64,000 nt of DNA, from assembly GCA_964016885.1 (NCBI GenBank), contig OZ024745.1, positions 110,856,001 to 110,920,000 of the forward strand. Direction: 5' to 3'. Shown here piece after piece: positions 1 through 12,388 of this stretch; the first letter of the stretch is position 1; every line of letters starts with the position of its first letter. The notes under the pieces were generated by a model that saw nothing but the letters and a program-made list of their open reading frames with translations, did no database searches and was not told the origin of the DNA. The position numbers and the translations under genes were made by a program. Source of the stretch: Eledone cirrhosa (Eukaryota).

Positions 1-973
1 TTTGTTTGTGGCATATATTAATGACATAGATGCCAACTTAAAGAATGCCACAGTACTGAAATATGCAGATGACATCAAGCTGTACCTTGAGATAAAAGGA
101 CAGATCCTGAACACTATAGATCTTGCCTACAATCTGACCAGGACACAATGCAACAATGGATCACTGACTGGCAACTCAGGCTAGCTGTGGACAAGTGTAC
201 CATCATGCATTTTGGGAGTAAAAACCCAGCGTCCACATATTCCCTCCACAACACTAATATCAAGAAGTCTTCTTGTGAACGTGACCTGGGCATTACGGTC
301 AGCAGCGATTTGCGTTGGACGAAGCACGTCTCTAAAATTGTCAAGAAGGCCGAGGGTGTCTTAGCATCACTCAGCAAGACCTTTGTCAGCCGCTCTCCAG
401 CTATCTATTTAAAGCTATGGTGCGGCCACAGTCTGGAACCCCTATCTTGCTGAGAACATTGACTGCCTGGAAACTGTTCAGAGACGTGCAACCAAGCAAA
501 TACCCTCCATCAGGCATCTACCATACTCTGAACGTCTTGCTTCCCTAGGCATGGATACATTGAAGCTCCGACGTCTGGCAACTGACTTGGTAAACACCCA
601 CAAAATTATTAACCATCTTGCCAACAACAACCCTGAGTACCTTTTTGATTTCCATGTGTCTAACACAAAGTAAGTATGCCCACAAAGTAAGAAACAGCAC
701 AGCTCCCATGACTTTCGGAAACATTTTTTCACGCTCAGAGTTGCTGAAGCTGTCGAGACACTGCATCCTTTAAAACCTCCATGCTTCCTGAGATTTGCCA
801 ACACTACACCTAATATTCCCCCTCCATACACATACACACATGTATATCATGACTCATACACTATTCACTTCCCTGACATTTGTATATTATTCTATGTACT
901 ATACATGCACCTTTGATGAGTTGTAGTGCACCTGAGCACTGTACACAATAATTTCATTATTATTATTATTATT
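1..973 (+). mobile_element. CR1-clade LINE, 3' part (RT domain to 3' UTR), frameshifted and inactive; runs off the window start
   Basis: Translates in shifting frames to YINDI..LKYADDIKLY (RT YADD), W.TDWQLRLAVDKC..MHFG, ERDLGITVSSDLRW..HV and VWNPYL..NIDCLETVQRRATK...LPYSERL, all CR1-type ORF2 motifs. Ends in AATAATTTC(ATT)n at ~947-973. Confidence 0.9.
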
Positions 974-3211
974 CATGATAAGAAACTTGAACTAACGAAT
1001 ATATGATTAAAATAATGATGGAATGAAGAAACTGATTTGGAGAAAGAACATTTAGATTACCAGTTTTACTATTCTTTCTATACTTATATATATATTGTAT
1101 TGTACAGTGTTTTGTACTTATATTAAGTATCTTGGAAAAATTGTTTTCCTAAGGCTATTACCATAATGTTTCTTGTTTCATGTAATTAGTTCTCACATTG
1201 AAGCTTTTGTAGTGCTTCCCACTCCTACAAAGTTGCTTGCCTTGTATCTAAATTAAAAACCATCAACTTGTTAACATGCAATGCTGAGTTCAAGTCCTAC
1301 TATGAGCCAGAAAAAAAAAATCACTCCCAAAAGCAGAAGCACATAGCAGTGTATTCTTCTCCTCTGAACTCAATAGATCTCCATTGATAGATTTGCTTGA
1401 GACAAAGAAACATTTTCCTTTATACATATCATGAAGCTATATATATATATGTGTGTGTATGTATGTATATAATATATGTATATAGATAGATAGATAGATA
1501 TAGATATATATGCATTATTTTTTTCAAATTTTTAAATGATATATACAATATTATTATTAATTCTTTAAAAACTTAATTTGGTAAATTTATTCTCTTTGAT
1601 AGCTAATCATATACTGATAGTCTAAGTAAAAAAACAAACAAAAAAAAAACAGGTATGTTATAGCATTTGCGTTCATTTTATAACCACATTGACCAACAAA
1701 TATATATTCCATAAACATTCATGTTGATAATCTTTTTAGAATCACTTTGACGGTTTTGTACTCTTGCCATGTCAGTTTTACTAGGAAAACTTATTTTTAT
1801 TTCACAAGTAATTATTACGACCTGTGCATTCAAATGTGTGAGCATTTGTGTGTGTGTGTGTGTATTTTAGTGTATATGTATATGTGTTTCTGTGTGTATG
1901 TAGGTGTTGTTTATTGACTTCACTTCACTCAGAAGAGGCATTACCATAAATTCTTCATTTTTCATTGCCTACATCTCTAAATATATTATCTCATAAACTA
2001 CTTCTTTTTTAACCTAGCTCAACAGAAATTCTTTTTGGATTTTTCATCAGCAATTTGTTGTACTGCTTCACTGATTTTTGGACCAGATTTTCTCAAAGGC
2101 CAAGAAACAGCTTGGTCTCATTAAAATACAATTGATAACTACTGTCTATTTTATGGGCTGTACATTTCCTAAAACTTCAAAAGTGAACAAGATTCATTTT
2201 GGTCAAATTTTATCTTTTCATTTATTTTTCTTCTTACTTTTTCATCAGTGACATCATCTCTTGTTGATCTTGTATCAAGGGTGAATGAATATTTATACTT
2301 ACTTTCATGGCATGGCTCTCTAAAGCTCAAATAATAATAATAATGATAATAATTGGCTCTCTATTTGCCTCATGGGCAACCAATGAGGAACGTTATGCAG
2401 GGAAATTGTAAAAACAGTAGCAGTTTTACATTAAATAGAAAAGGATGTGTGCATCGTGCATATATATGTGTGTGTGTGTACTATGCATGCGTTGAAAAGA
2501 TATACATTTTAAAATGTCAAAATATATAATGTACATGTCCCCCCAAAAAGTGACAAATCCCCTGGAGAAAATCTAGAGCACCCATTCCTCACAAATCCAT
2601 AAATGTTCAGTAAGCAAGTGGCCTCACTCTACTAAGAAATTAGGAACAAAAATCCAGTTTGAGCCATTCAGTCATGCATGGCTTGCCTTTGTCACCCACC
2701 CACCTTTCAGAAAATTTTCTGGAGGATGGCACTTCCCTCACCACTTACACCCTCCTTTTCAAGTGGTACTTGAAACAGTTGGTGAATAGAGTGTGTTTTT
2801 TCTCAGTCCTCACAATCGTGTTCAGTATACTACTCCTTTTTGTCATAGTCAGCTGACAAGGAAAAACTGCCTGCCCACCAAAAGATAGCAGTGAAGTGAT
2901 CTATAGGATGGACTCAGCTGTCAGTTATTTCAGCTGATGAGATAAAACTTTGGCAGTGCTTTTCTTCATCTTTGAGAGTCTGGATGTCACAGTAGTGCAT
3001 AAAAGTAGGCTTGAAGGCCACTGTCTCCACTCCAATACTCCTTGCAAGCAGTTGAGCGAAATATTGCATAAAAACTTAAGAAATAGTTGAGAGCTATTCT
3101 CATCACTAAAACATTAACCATAATACATATTTCTAATGTATGGTTTTCAGATAATTTTGAAAATAGTGAAAATTTGGACAGATTTAGTAATATAACTAAC
3201 TTTCTCATTAT

Positions 3212-3351
3212 TAATCCTTGGTGTTTGGAATATAACTGAATAAACGTAGTTATAGAGAAGTATATTTAGATAAATATAAACATTTTAAGATAAACAGTTT
3301 TGTAATATACAACCAGGGTAAGTTTGAAGAGTTGGGTATCAAAAGCATTAA
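3212..3351. mobile_element. Decayed TTAA-type (piggyBac-like) MITE fragment
   Basis: 3' end GTTGGGTATCAAAAGCATTAA resembles the ends of the copies at 24025-24244 and 58026-58280. Confidence 0.4.
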
Positions 3352-3549
3352 AGTACCTTTTGTTTTTTATATCTGAAAATTCTTTGAAAATTACATTAAT
3401 TTAGACATAATATACTGGCTGAGTCTATATTGTTTAATTATATAAATGATATATGATGATGATTATGATAAAATATACAAAATATTTTAACATATTCTTT
3501 GATGAATAAGATATATATATCGGCTGCTCTCTCTCGCTCTCTCTCTATC

Positions 3550-3596
<47 letters not shown>

Positions 3597-3671
3597 GGGG
3601 GGGGTAGAACACTGGAAGGTAATATCCATAGTGGTAGAGCACTCGGTCCATGGGACGCTCCTACCACCATG

Positions 3672-3723
3672 ACCATTATGAGCTGAGGATCCGCTAAGGT
3701 GAAACAATTGTTCTCGGTATGGT
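3672..3723 (+). ncRNA. Type I hammerhead ribozyme (Penelope-like minimal form)
   Basis: Stem I ACCAT-ta-TGAG (3672-3682) pairs with CTCG-gt-ATGGT (3713-3723). Core CTGAGGA 3683-3689; stem II t-CC-gctaa-GG-t; GAAA 3701-3704; stem III AC-AATT-GT (palindromic); cleavage triplet GUU ending at 3712. Confidence 0.75.
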
Positions 3724-5620
3724 GAACTAACTGTTGTGTTACCACTTATATATATATATATTGGCTGCTCTTTTTCTTTTAATATACTTTATTCTTCCTC
3801 ACAATCTTAGTTGCTTCTTCCTGTTGTATACTGTTTCCTTGTGCCCCAATTTTCACCCTACTTTTGTTCCCTCTTATTTTGATAAGGAAGTTGTTGCTTT
3901 CACTTCCTGGATTTCTTTCTGTTTGTTGATTAGAGAATACCCTTTCCTTCTGTGTCATCACACAATGTCTCCTAAACATCTGTATCTATTTCTGTTTTGC
4001 TAATCAACATCTAATGTCCCTTACCATATTAGGTATCTGTGTAGGACCAGATGAACCTTAGAGAAAAGTAGATGATAACTTCAGCATGACAGCAGCTGCT
4101 ATGGTGATGCTACATAGAGGAGGGATGTAAGAAGGAGGTCACATCTACTTCTTTTCTTATATTCTGCTACTATGCACATGTAAAGTACCGCCATATACGT
4201 ACATAAATACATTCGCGCGTGTGTACACATATATATATATATATACACAGACATATATACATAGATACACACACACACACACAACATTTCTCTATGTTGT
4301 TGTGATAATACCCTACTGAGAAAGAACTGATTTTTCTTATCATATAGACATTAAATAAAATGAAATAAAATAAAAAAAAACTGTACTGCCTTTGTACTAG
4401 TAAAAGAGTGGGCTATTTGATGCTTAGTATTATCTGAACAAACCCAGGCGACAAACTTGTCTGGTGAGGGTATATCATGGTTTGGCAGGACCAGAATGAC
4501 TTAACATGTCGCCAAAATGAAGATGTTCGCAGATATAATCTGGATAGGTCTGCGATCTTTTTTTATAGTATAGTTATAGCCTTGTTGAAGTTTGTTTTGT
4601 TGCTAGTTGTCAAGTGGAACAAGCAAGCAATTTGTATGCAGCACTGTTGAAGGGTTTTTTTTTCCTTTTTTTTTTTTTATTTAAAACCACAATTAACAAT
4701 AAAATATGATTTGTTTTAATCCTTATTAACTCACACTAGTTTATTGAACATACTCCTCCCAGCACCCACCTCTTAAACATAATCAGAGCATCCTAAGTTA
4801 AACATGGGATACTTCTGGCACCAGGGTCATCATTGAGGTCAGCTTATCTATGGAGGTCTTCTAGTTTTTTGTTCCTCCCCTCTGTTCCATGTCTCTCCAG
4901 CTATCAGATTATTATTAAACTGAAATCTCACAACATTGCAAAACAATATATAAGAAACCAGAGTTTGTTAGTATTTTCCATTTTTTTTTTTCCTTATTTA
5001 AAAAAAATAACAAGTGTAGATTTGTTATAAAACTGATTCTACAAATTTTCCTTTAAATATATTGCTGCTATTTTTTCTTCTCAGACAAATAAAAAAAATC
5101 ATTAATGAAATGAAAGATCCACCCACATTCTCTCTCACTCACCCTCATGCTTTCTCTCACTTACACTCTCTATATTATTCACACACACACACACACAAGC
5201 TCACAAATGTGTGGCCAAGTCATAACTTACTATCTAACCACTACAATCATAATTAGTTTCCTATTAAATCTCTATTTAAAAAAAATGTAACTACTTAATT
5301 CTTTTTTTCTATTTTATTAATTTATGTTTGTTTTATACATGCCCATTTATGACGGTATATAAATGTGTTTTGGTGTAAATATCTGTATGAGATTATGTAA
5401 TTGTCTGTATGTGTGAGTGTATGTTTAGATTTACAAATATAAGAAAAAGAACTAGTTACATGAATTGAATGCACATACACACATATATATATACACACAT
5501 ACATGTATATATGTATGTGTGTGTATGTTTCTGTATATGTGAATGATTTTTGTTTACAAGGTAAAAATAGTAGCACCATAGAAAAAGAAAAAAATTGTAG
5601 ATTGACTATATTTATATGTG

Positions 5621-5944
5621 TGCTGGAACTCCATCAGTTATAATGATGAGTGTTCCAGTTGTTTGGTGAATAGAACAGCCTGCTCATGAAATTAATCTAC
5701 AAGTGGCTGAGCATTCCTTAAACATGTGTACCATTAACATAGTTCTTAGTTAGATTCAGCATGACATAGTGTGTAATAAAACTGGCACTTTGAAATACAA
5801 GTACAACTCATTTTCACCTCGTGAGTGGACTGGAATAATGTGAAATAGTATCTTGATCAAAGATACAATGCACAACAAAGAATTGAACTCAGGAGATTAC
5901 AATTGTGAGCCAAATACCCTCACCAACTTAGCCACACACTTCCA
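5621..5944 (-). mobile_element. tRNA-headed CORE-type SINE, diverged
   Basis: Minus strand starts TGGAAGTGTGTGGCTAAGTTGG (A box), then GAGTTCAATTC (B box), then CORE-like TCTTTGATCAAGATACTATTTCACATTATTCCAGTCCACTCA. Confidence 0.7.
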
Positions 5945-6042
5945 TAGAGAAGGGTGGAGGCAATAAGAAGAAAATGGGGAATGTTAAAAGTAGTGAAGGA
6001 AGCAGAGACTATCCTAGAAATGAAGAAGGTGACAGGTGCAGT

Positions 6043-6507
6043 ACAGAACATGTGGGCAGGGCTAGGACAACACAGAACACGTGGGCAGAGCTGGGACAAC
6101 ACAGAACACGTGGGCAGAGCTGGGACAACACAGAACATTAGGGCAGGGCTGGGACAACACAGAACATTAGGGCAGGGCTGGGACAACACAGAACATTAGG
6201 GCAGGGCTGGGACAACACAGAACACGTGGGCAGGGCTGGGACAACACAGAACACGTGGGCAGGGCCTGGGACAACATAGAACATTAGGGCAGAGCTGGGA
6301 CAACACAGAACACATGGGCAGGGCTGGGACAACACAGAACATGTGGGCAGGGCTGGGACAACACAGAACACGTGGGCAGGGCTGGGACAACACAGAACAC
6401 GTGGGCAGGGCTGGGACAATACAGAACACGTGGGCAGGGCTGGGACAACACAGAACACGTGGGCAGGGCTGGGACAATACAGAACACGTGGGCAGGGCTG
6501 GGACAAG
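6043..6507. repeat. GC-rich minisatellite, 16 x 29 bp (ACAGAACACGTGGGCAGGGCTGGGACAAC)
   Basis: 16 units counted directly; one unit is 30 bp. Variants at the CACGTG position: CATGTG x2, CACATG x1, CATTAG x4. Confidence 0.97.
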
Positions 6508-6509
6508 TG

Positions 6510-7100
6510 AATGTCCTGCCAAAATAACAAAGGAAGGCAAGAAATTGTAGCAGAGGAAATTTACTGCATTGAAGCGAGGCAGCATGTGAACAAAGCTGTA
6601 GGAAACCAATGTGCTTGGACATCACGGAAGACAGTGGAACAGATGACGGTGTATGCAGCCATTCTGATTGCAATTCTTCCAGAGAGTGGTGTATGATGTG
6701 CTCCCATCCCCAGCCACTATTAAACAGTGGGAATGGAGTGACATTACTGTGTGTCATTAGTGTGGACGTTATGCATCATTGAAACATGTTTTGGCAGCAT
6801 GTAAGCTATCCATGACAGAGTATGTTCTGGTGTCACAGCCAAGCCCTGGGCGTCCTCACTAATGCATTGCAAAAACAATGCAAGGAAGATCAATGAAAAG
6901 CCACACCCTGTTGTGTTTCACGAGAAAGGTGGGGAATAAAAAGGAACATTGGTAACCAGACTTCTGTGAGGCACTGATTAGAAAGTAGAGACTGACCTGA
7001 AAAGATTTTATTATCCCCAAGCCATATTACTATAAGAACACCAGGCTCTGACCTTATGCCATCATCTGACTCCACAAATACAGTCCTGAATATTGAGCTG
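6510..7100 (-). mobile_element. Ancient non-LTR retrotransposon relic (probable AP-endonuclease domain)
   Basis: Minus-strand translations give CLTEVWL (cf. LTETWL), QQGVAF (cf. GGGVA) and LIVAGD...W..CNQNG, with AHH in the adjacent frame, in the order expected for an APE domain. Heavily degraded. Confidence 0.45.
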
Positions 7101-7439
7101 ATACTATTGGGAAGGCTGGTACAGAATGACCTTATGAAAGATAGTATATAAAATATTTAAAAAAAACCAAAGGAGTCATGTGATGATTGAGGAGGAGATT
7201 GGATTTGTGACAAGATTCACTCTGTCCTACTTCACTGGCATTGGACATGGAAATGACAGTAGAGAGGGGTTCAAGAACTGGAGCAGGGTGGGTGAGAGCA
7301 GGAAAAGCTTCATTATGGATTTGGCAAAAGTTTTTAAGTGAAAGACCAGAGCAGAGAGCAAACCCTCAGCAAAGAGAAAACCATGTTATGCCTCAGTATA
7401 GAATATATATGTGTGCGTGTGTGTATGTGTGTGTATAAT

Positions 7440-7619
7440 ATATATATGTATGTAGCATATAAATGTATGTACATAGTATAGATATATAGATATATAGTAT
7501 ACATATGTATATATATAGTATATATATATAGATATATAGTATACATATGTATATATATTTATATATATATATATAGATATATAGTATACATATGTATATA
7601 TATTTATATATATATATAG

Positions 7620-7687
<68 letters not shown>

Positions 7688-7705
7688 GATGTATATGTAT
7701 ATATG

Positions 7706-7736
<31 letters not shown>

Positions 7737-8096
7737 GTATATATATATATATAGATGTATATAGTATATATATATATGTATATATATATACGTATATATA
7801 TATATATATGTATATATATGTATATATATATATGTATATATATATGTATATATATGTGTATATATATATATGTATATATATGTATATATGTATATGTATA
7901 TAGGGACGTTAAACGATGATGATATGTATATATATATATGTATATGTATATATGTATATATGTATATGTATATATATATATATGTATATATATATATGTA
8001 TATATATATATGTATATATATGTATATATATATGTATATATATGTATGTATATATATGTATATATATATATGTATATATATGTATATATATATATG

Positions 8097-8148
<52 letters not shown>

Positions 8149-8149
8149 C

Positions 8150-8206
<57 letters not shown>

Positions 8207-8207
8207 C

Positions 8208-8250
<43 letters not shown>
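7440..8250. repeat. Interrupted (TA)n/(TATG)n microsatellite array
   Basis: Seen directly; explains the YI-repeat ORFs. Contains a ~20-nt retroposon tail remnant GGACGTTAAACGATGATGAT at ~7905-7924. Confidence 0.97.
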
Positions 8251-8253
<3 letters not shown>

Positions 8254-8846
8254 TGGCTGCCAACTCGTTTTCGAGTACGGCCACTACTTTATATCCATGT
8301 AGGAGAACCCCTACCGATGTGCTGAACGAGTGTGACTTTTTAGTCCAGCCAGCGACTTGAAAACTCTGGTACAAACACTACACTTGTGACAATTATTGAC
8401 ACATAGTGCTGGGCCCATGGTACCATGTGACGGCAAGTGCAGAGAGATCTCCAGATATAAAGCAATGCCTGTGCCGTGAAGCTTTTATAGTGAGCAAAGG
8501 CACTGCACAAAGCCAGTCCCACTCTCTTAACCAAGATGATATTTACCAAAAAGAAGAACAAGTCAACATCATTGGATACCATCAGGGTTGCAGGTGTTAT
8601 ATCAGAGTTTTCCTTCTCCTAGAATTCTGCCTTGACAAAGGCTAAGGGGTCATCTCTCCCAGTGATTTTGGATGGCCATTGACTCTTAAGAGCTCCTTTG
8701 CCCTTTGACAGGTTTTGTTTTTAGTCCTGCAGGATGTCCAAAGTCACCCTCCTCACCAAGAAACCTTGGTGGGGTTGCCAGTTTAGTCGCCAACGACCCG
8801 ACCATGAAACAGGTTGTACTGGGATACATGTTACCAGTAGCACCAT
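8251..8846 (-). mobile_element. Non-autonomous bipartite RTE-clade element (5' UTR joined to ORF C-terminus and 3' UTR)
   Basis: Minus strand begins with an RTE-like 5' UTR (...CTAGGAGAAGGAAAACTCTGA...). It then encodes WRSL and the RTE C-terminal knuckle [25 protein letters not shown], then a short 3' UTR (GTACTCGAAAACGAG...GCCACCA) running into (TA)n. No endonuclease or RT in between. Confidence 0.75.
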
Positions 8847-8873
8847 ATATATATATATGTATATATATACATG

Positions 8874-8904
<31 letters not shown>

Positions 8905-8983
8905 GTATATATATATATATGTATATATGTATATATATATATATGTATATATATATATGTATATACTATATATATATAGTATA

Positions 8984-9026
<43 letters not shown>

Positions 9027-9143
9027 TATATATGTATATATATTTATATATATATATATACAGTATATATATGTATATATATTTATATATATATACAGTA
9101 TATATATGTATATATATTTATATATATATACAGTATATATATG

Positions 9144-9234
<91 letters not shown>

Positions 9235-9285
9235 TTATATATGTATATATATTTATATATGTATATATATTTATATATGTATATA

Positions 9286-9324
<39 letters not shown>

Positions 9325-9604
9325 TATATATGTATATATATAGTATATATATGTATATGTATATATATAGTATATATATGTATATGTATATATATAGTAT
9401 ATATATGTATATATATATATAGTATATATATGTATATATATATATATAGTATATATATGTATATATATATATAGTATATATATGTATATATATATATATA
9501 GTATATATATGTATATATATATATAGTATATATATGTATATATATATATATATAGTATATATATGTATATATATATATATATAGTATATATATGTATATA
9601 TATT

Positions 9605-9656
<52 letters not shown>

Positions 9657-9871
9657 GTATATATATGTATATATATTTATATATAGTATATATATGTATA
9701 TATATATATATATGTATATATATGTATATATATTTATATATATATACAGTATATATATGTATATATATTTATATATATATATATACAGTATATATATGTA
9801 TATATATTTATATATATATACAGTATATATATGTATATATATATATATATAGTATATATATATATATATAG

Positions 9872-9903
<32 letters not shown>

Positions 9904-10445
9904 GTATATATATATATATATATTTGTATATATATATATGTATATATATATAGTATATATATGTATATATATATAGTATATATATGTATATATATTTATA
10001 TATATATGTATATATATTTATATATATATGTATATATATGTATATATATTTATATATATATGTATATATATGTATATATATTTATATATATATGTATATA
10101 TATATTATAAGTATATATACATACATGCACATATATGTATGTACGTATACATACTTATATTTAAGTAACAGCCGTACTAAGAGTGAGAAATGAAATTTCG
10201 TTTCACTTTTTCCGTTTATATATATATTTATATATATATATATAGTATATATATGTATATATATATATTTATATATATATATATATATATATTTATGTAT
10301 ATATGTATATATATTTATATATATATGAATATAGTATATATATATGTGTGTGTGTATAGTATATATATATATTCATATGCATGTATATATATATATAATT
10401 GCACACATACATAAATACACACACACACACACACACACACATACA
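8847..10445. repeat. Interrupted (TA)n microsatellite array with TAG/TAC/TTTA variants, ending in (CA)n
   Basis: Seen directly. Confidence 0.97.
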
Positions 10446-11787
10446 GAGTTGTGTATATATATATAGTTATTTGTTTAAGTACATATCTGTATATTGTATA
10501 TTATTTTTTTTACTATATTGTGTATGGATTTAAAAGTAGTGATATATAAACCTTTATATATCTAGTTTAAAAAATTTATTGTTTACACTTTATCTATTTA
10601 TTGGTTCTTTACTTGAGCAATAAAGATAACATGTTGAGTAGAAGATATTATGTGCAAGGTCACCCTTACTTCCTTGATACATCATCTTTAACTTTACCAT
10701 TTTTGGTTTCTGTTGTGCTTCTTAACTAAGCTCCTAAAATGTCAAAGATGGTTGTGTTGATGATGAATGTTGTGTGACATTTTTCAGATACATTGAGGAT
10801 AGAAATGTGATATGGGGGCACAAAGACAGTGACTGCTTCCTCTCTTGCAAAGGAGACAGTTGGCTAAAGGAAGTTGGCTGGCCCCTTAAGAGTTTAAAGC
10901 TATATCCACATGTCTTTGATCTGTACACACTCACTGCTTTCCTGTTAAAAGACATGAGTAGGGGGTGGAATGTTATCTAGCATCAACTCCCTATAATTGT
11001 TTTTTTTTTTGTTGGTTTGTTTCTTTTCCCTGTGTACTCTCTTCTAGTCCCTACCTCTTGTCTCTCTGTATATAAAGGAAACTAAAGTAGTAGTTTCTTT
11101 TTTTAAGGATGTGAGTTGCTTAATAACTAAAGCAAAAGATGATAATGGCAGTAGTAGTTTTCGTCTTTGCATCCACTGTGAAAACATCTGGCACAGATAA
11201 CTAACCGATTCCACAAAACAGCCATCCTTCCTGCTTGCTAGAAATAGCAGTCAACTCTTCCTCAAATACACAATATAATCTTAAAATAAAAGGAAGAACT
11301 CATTGCATTATAGTGTTAGATAAAACTGAATTGGAAAAATGGAAAACATTATAAGACCCTGAATAGAAAAGCTGACTCACTTGGGGCTAAACAGTAAGAA
11401 GAAATTTGTGAAAGAAAGAAAATTTTGTGTAGAAAATAGATAGCTTTGTTGCTTAGATTATTATTTTCAGACTTTTATTTGTATAATATTTATAAATAAC
11501 TGAACACAACCTCCCCCACACACATACACACACACACCAAAAAATATCTAGTTGGTTAAATCCCTGAATCCTTTAGTTTAGCTATTGCATGTTTCCATGC
11601 AACAAAAAATATTTTTCTCATTTTACTTCCTTCTTTCTTCTGTTCCATGTATAAATGTAGTATCCAAAAGAAAATAGACATTCCCCCAGATACATCCAAG
11701 TTTAATAACAAACACATGAAAAATTACTTATGTATGTGTTGTGTGTTGAATAATATATATATTACAGTGTTATTCATGTATAATTTT

Positions 11788-11878
<91 letters not shown>

Positions 11879-12204
11879 TATTATTTCCATGGACAAACTA
11901 GTTTGAGAATTTTCTTTGTTACAAAGTTTATAATTTAATGCCCCTCTCAAAATATTAACCCCATACTTATCTCCCTTAGACGTGTGTGTGCATGCATTGT
12001 TGTGTGATATTTTATAGTAATTCCCTTCCTTATAATAAATTTAATTTTTATAAAACTTCCAACTATCTGCAATATTTAATGATAATTAATTAGTGATCAT
12101 GTTCAACAATACTCGAGTATATCATAGTAAACATCAAATATTAAGTGAGTTTTCACCTTTATCTGATCTTCAGTTTGTAATATGCCATTTTAAAACGGTT
12201 AATT

Positions 12205-12388
12205 TTATAATCTTAGTATTTAGTTACAGCCCTTTATGTTCTGAGTTCAAATCCTGCCAAGGTTAGCTTTGCCTTTTATCTTTACGGGGTCAATAAAATA
12301 AAGTACCAATAATGCACTAAGGTCGATTTAATCGACTTTCTCCTTCCACGAATTATTGGCCGTGTTCCTATAGTAGAAATCAGTATTA
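12205..12388 (+). mobile_element. tRNA/Nin-domain SINE, older copy
   Basis: B box GAGTTCAAATCC, TTTGCCTTTTATCTTTACGGGGTCAATAAAATAAAGTACC core and GGCCGTGTTCCTATAGTAGAAATC tail. Confidence 0.75.

Noticed and set aside
5920-6757. Overlapping Cys/Pro-rich ORFs and a CRISPR-like look of the 29-bp array
   Set aside because: The units are directly adjacent with no unique spacers, there are no cas genes, and the context is eukaryotic; the ORFs are repeat translations.
7334-10414. Long YI/IY/CV-rich ORFs (also at 20899-21449, 27742-28019, 43231-44483, 58859-59071 and 60816-61440)
   Set aside because: Translations of (TA)n/(TG)n microsatellites, which lack stops in some frames.
11095-11116. Possible 3-nt microexon tttcttttttttaAG|GAT|GTGAGT (11108-11110)
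   Set aside because: Good donor, but an AAG acceptor with a short tract and nearby upstream AGs, and it would disrupt the conserved H-A-L junction; easily chance.
12140-12178. Minus-strand CTGAAGA-tcagataaaggt-GAAA hammerhead-like string
   Set aside because: No credible stem II or stem III.
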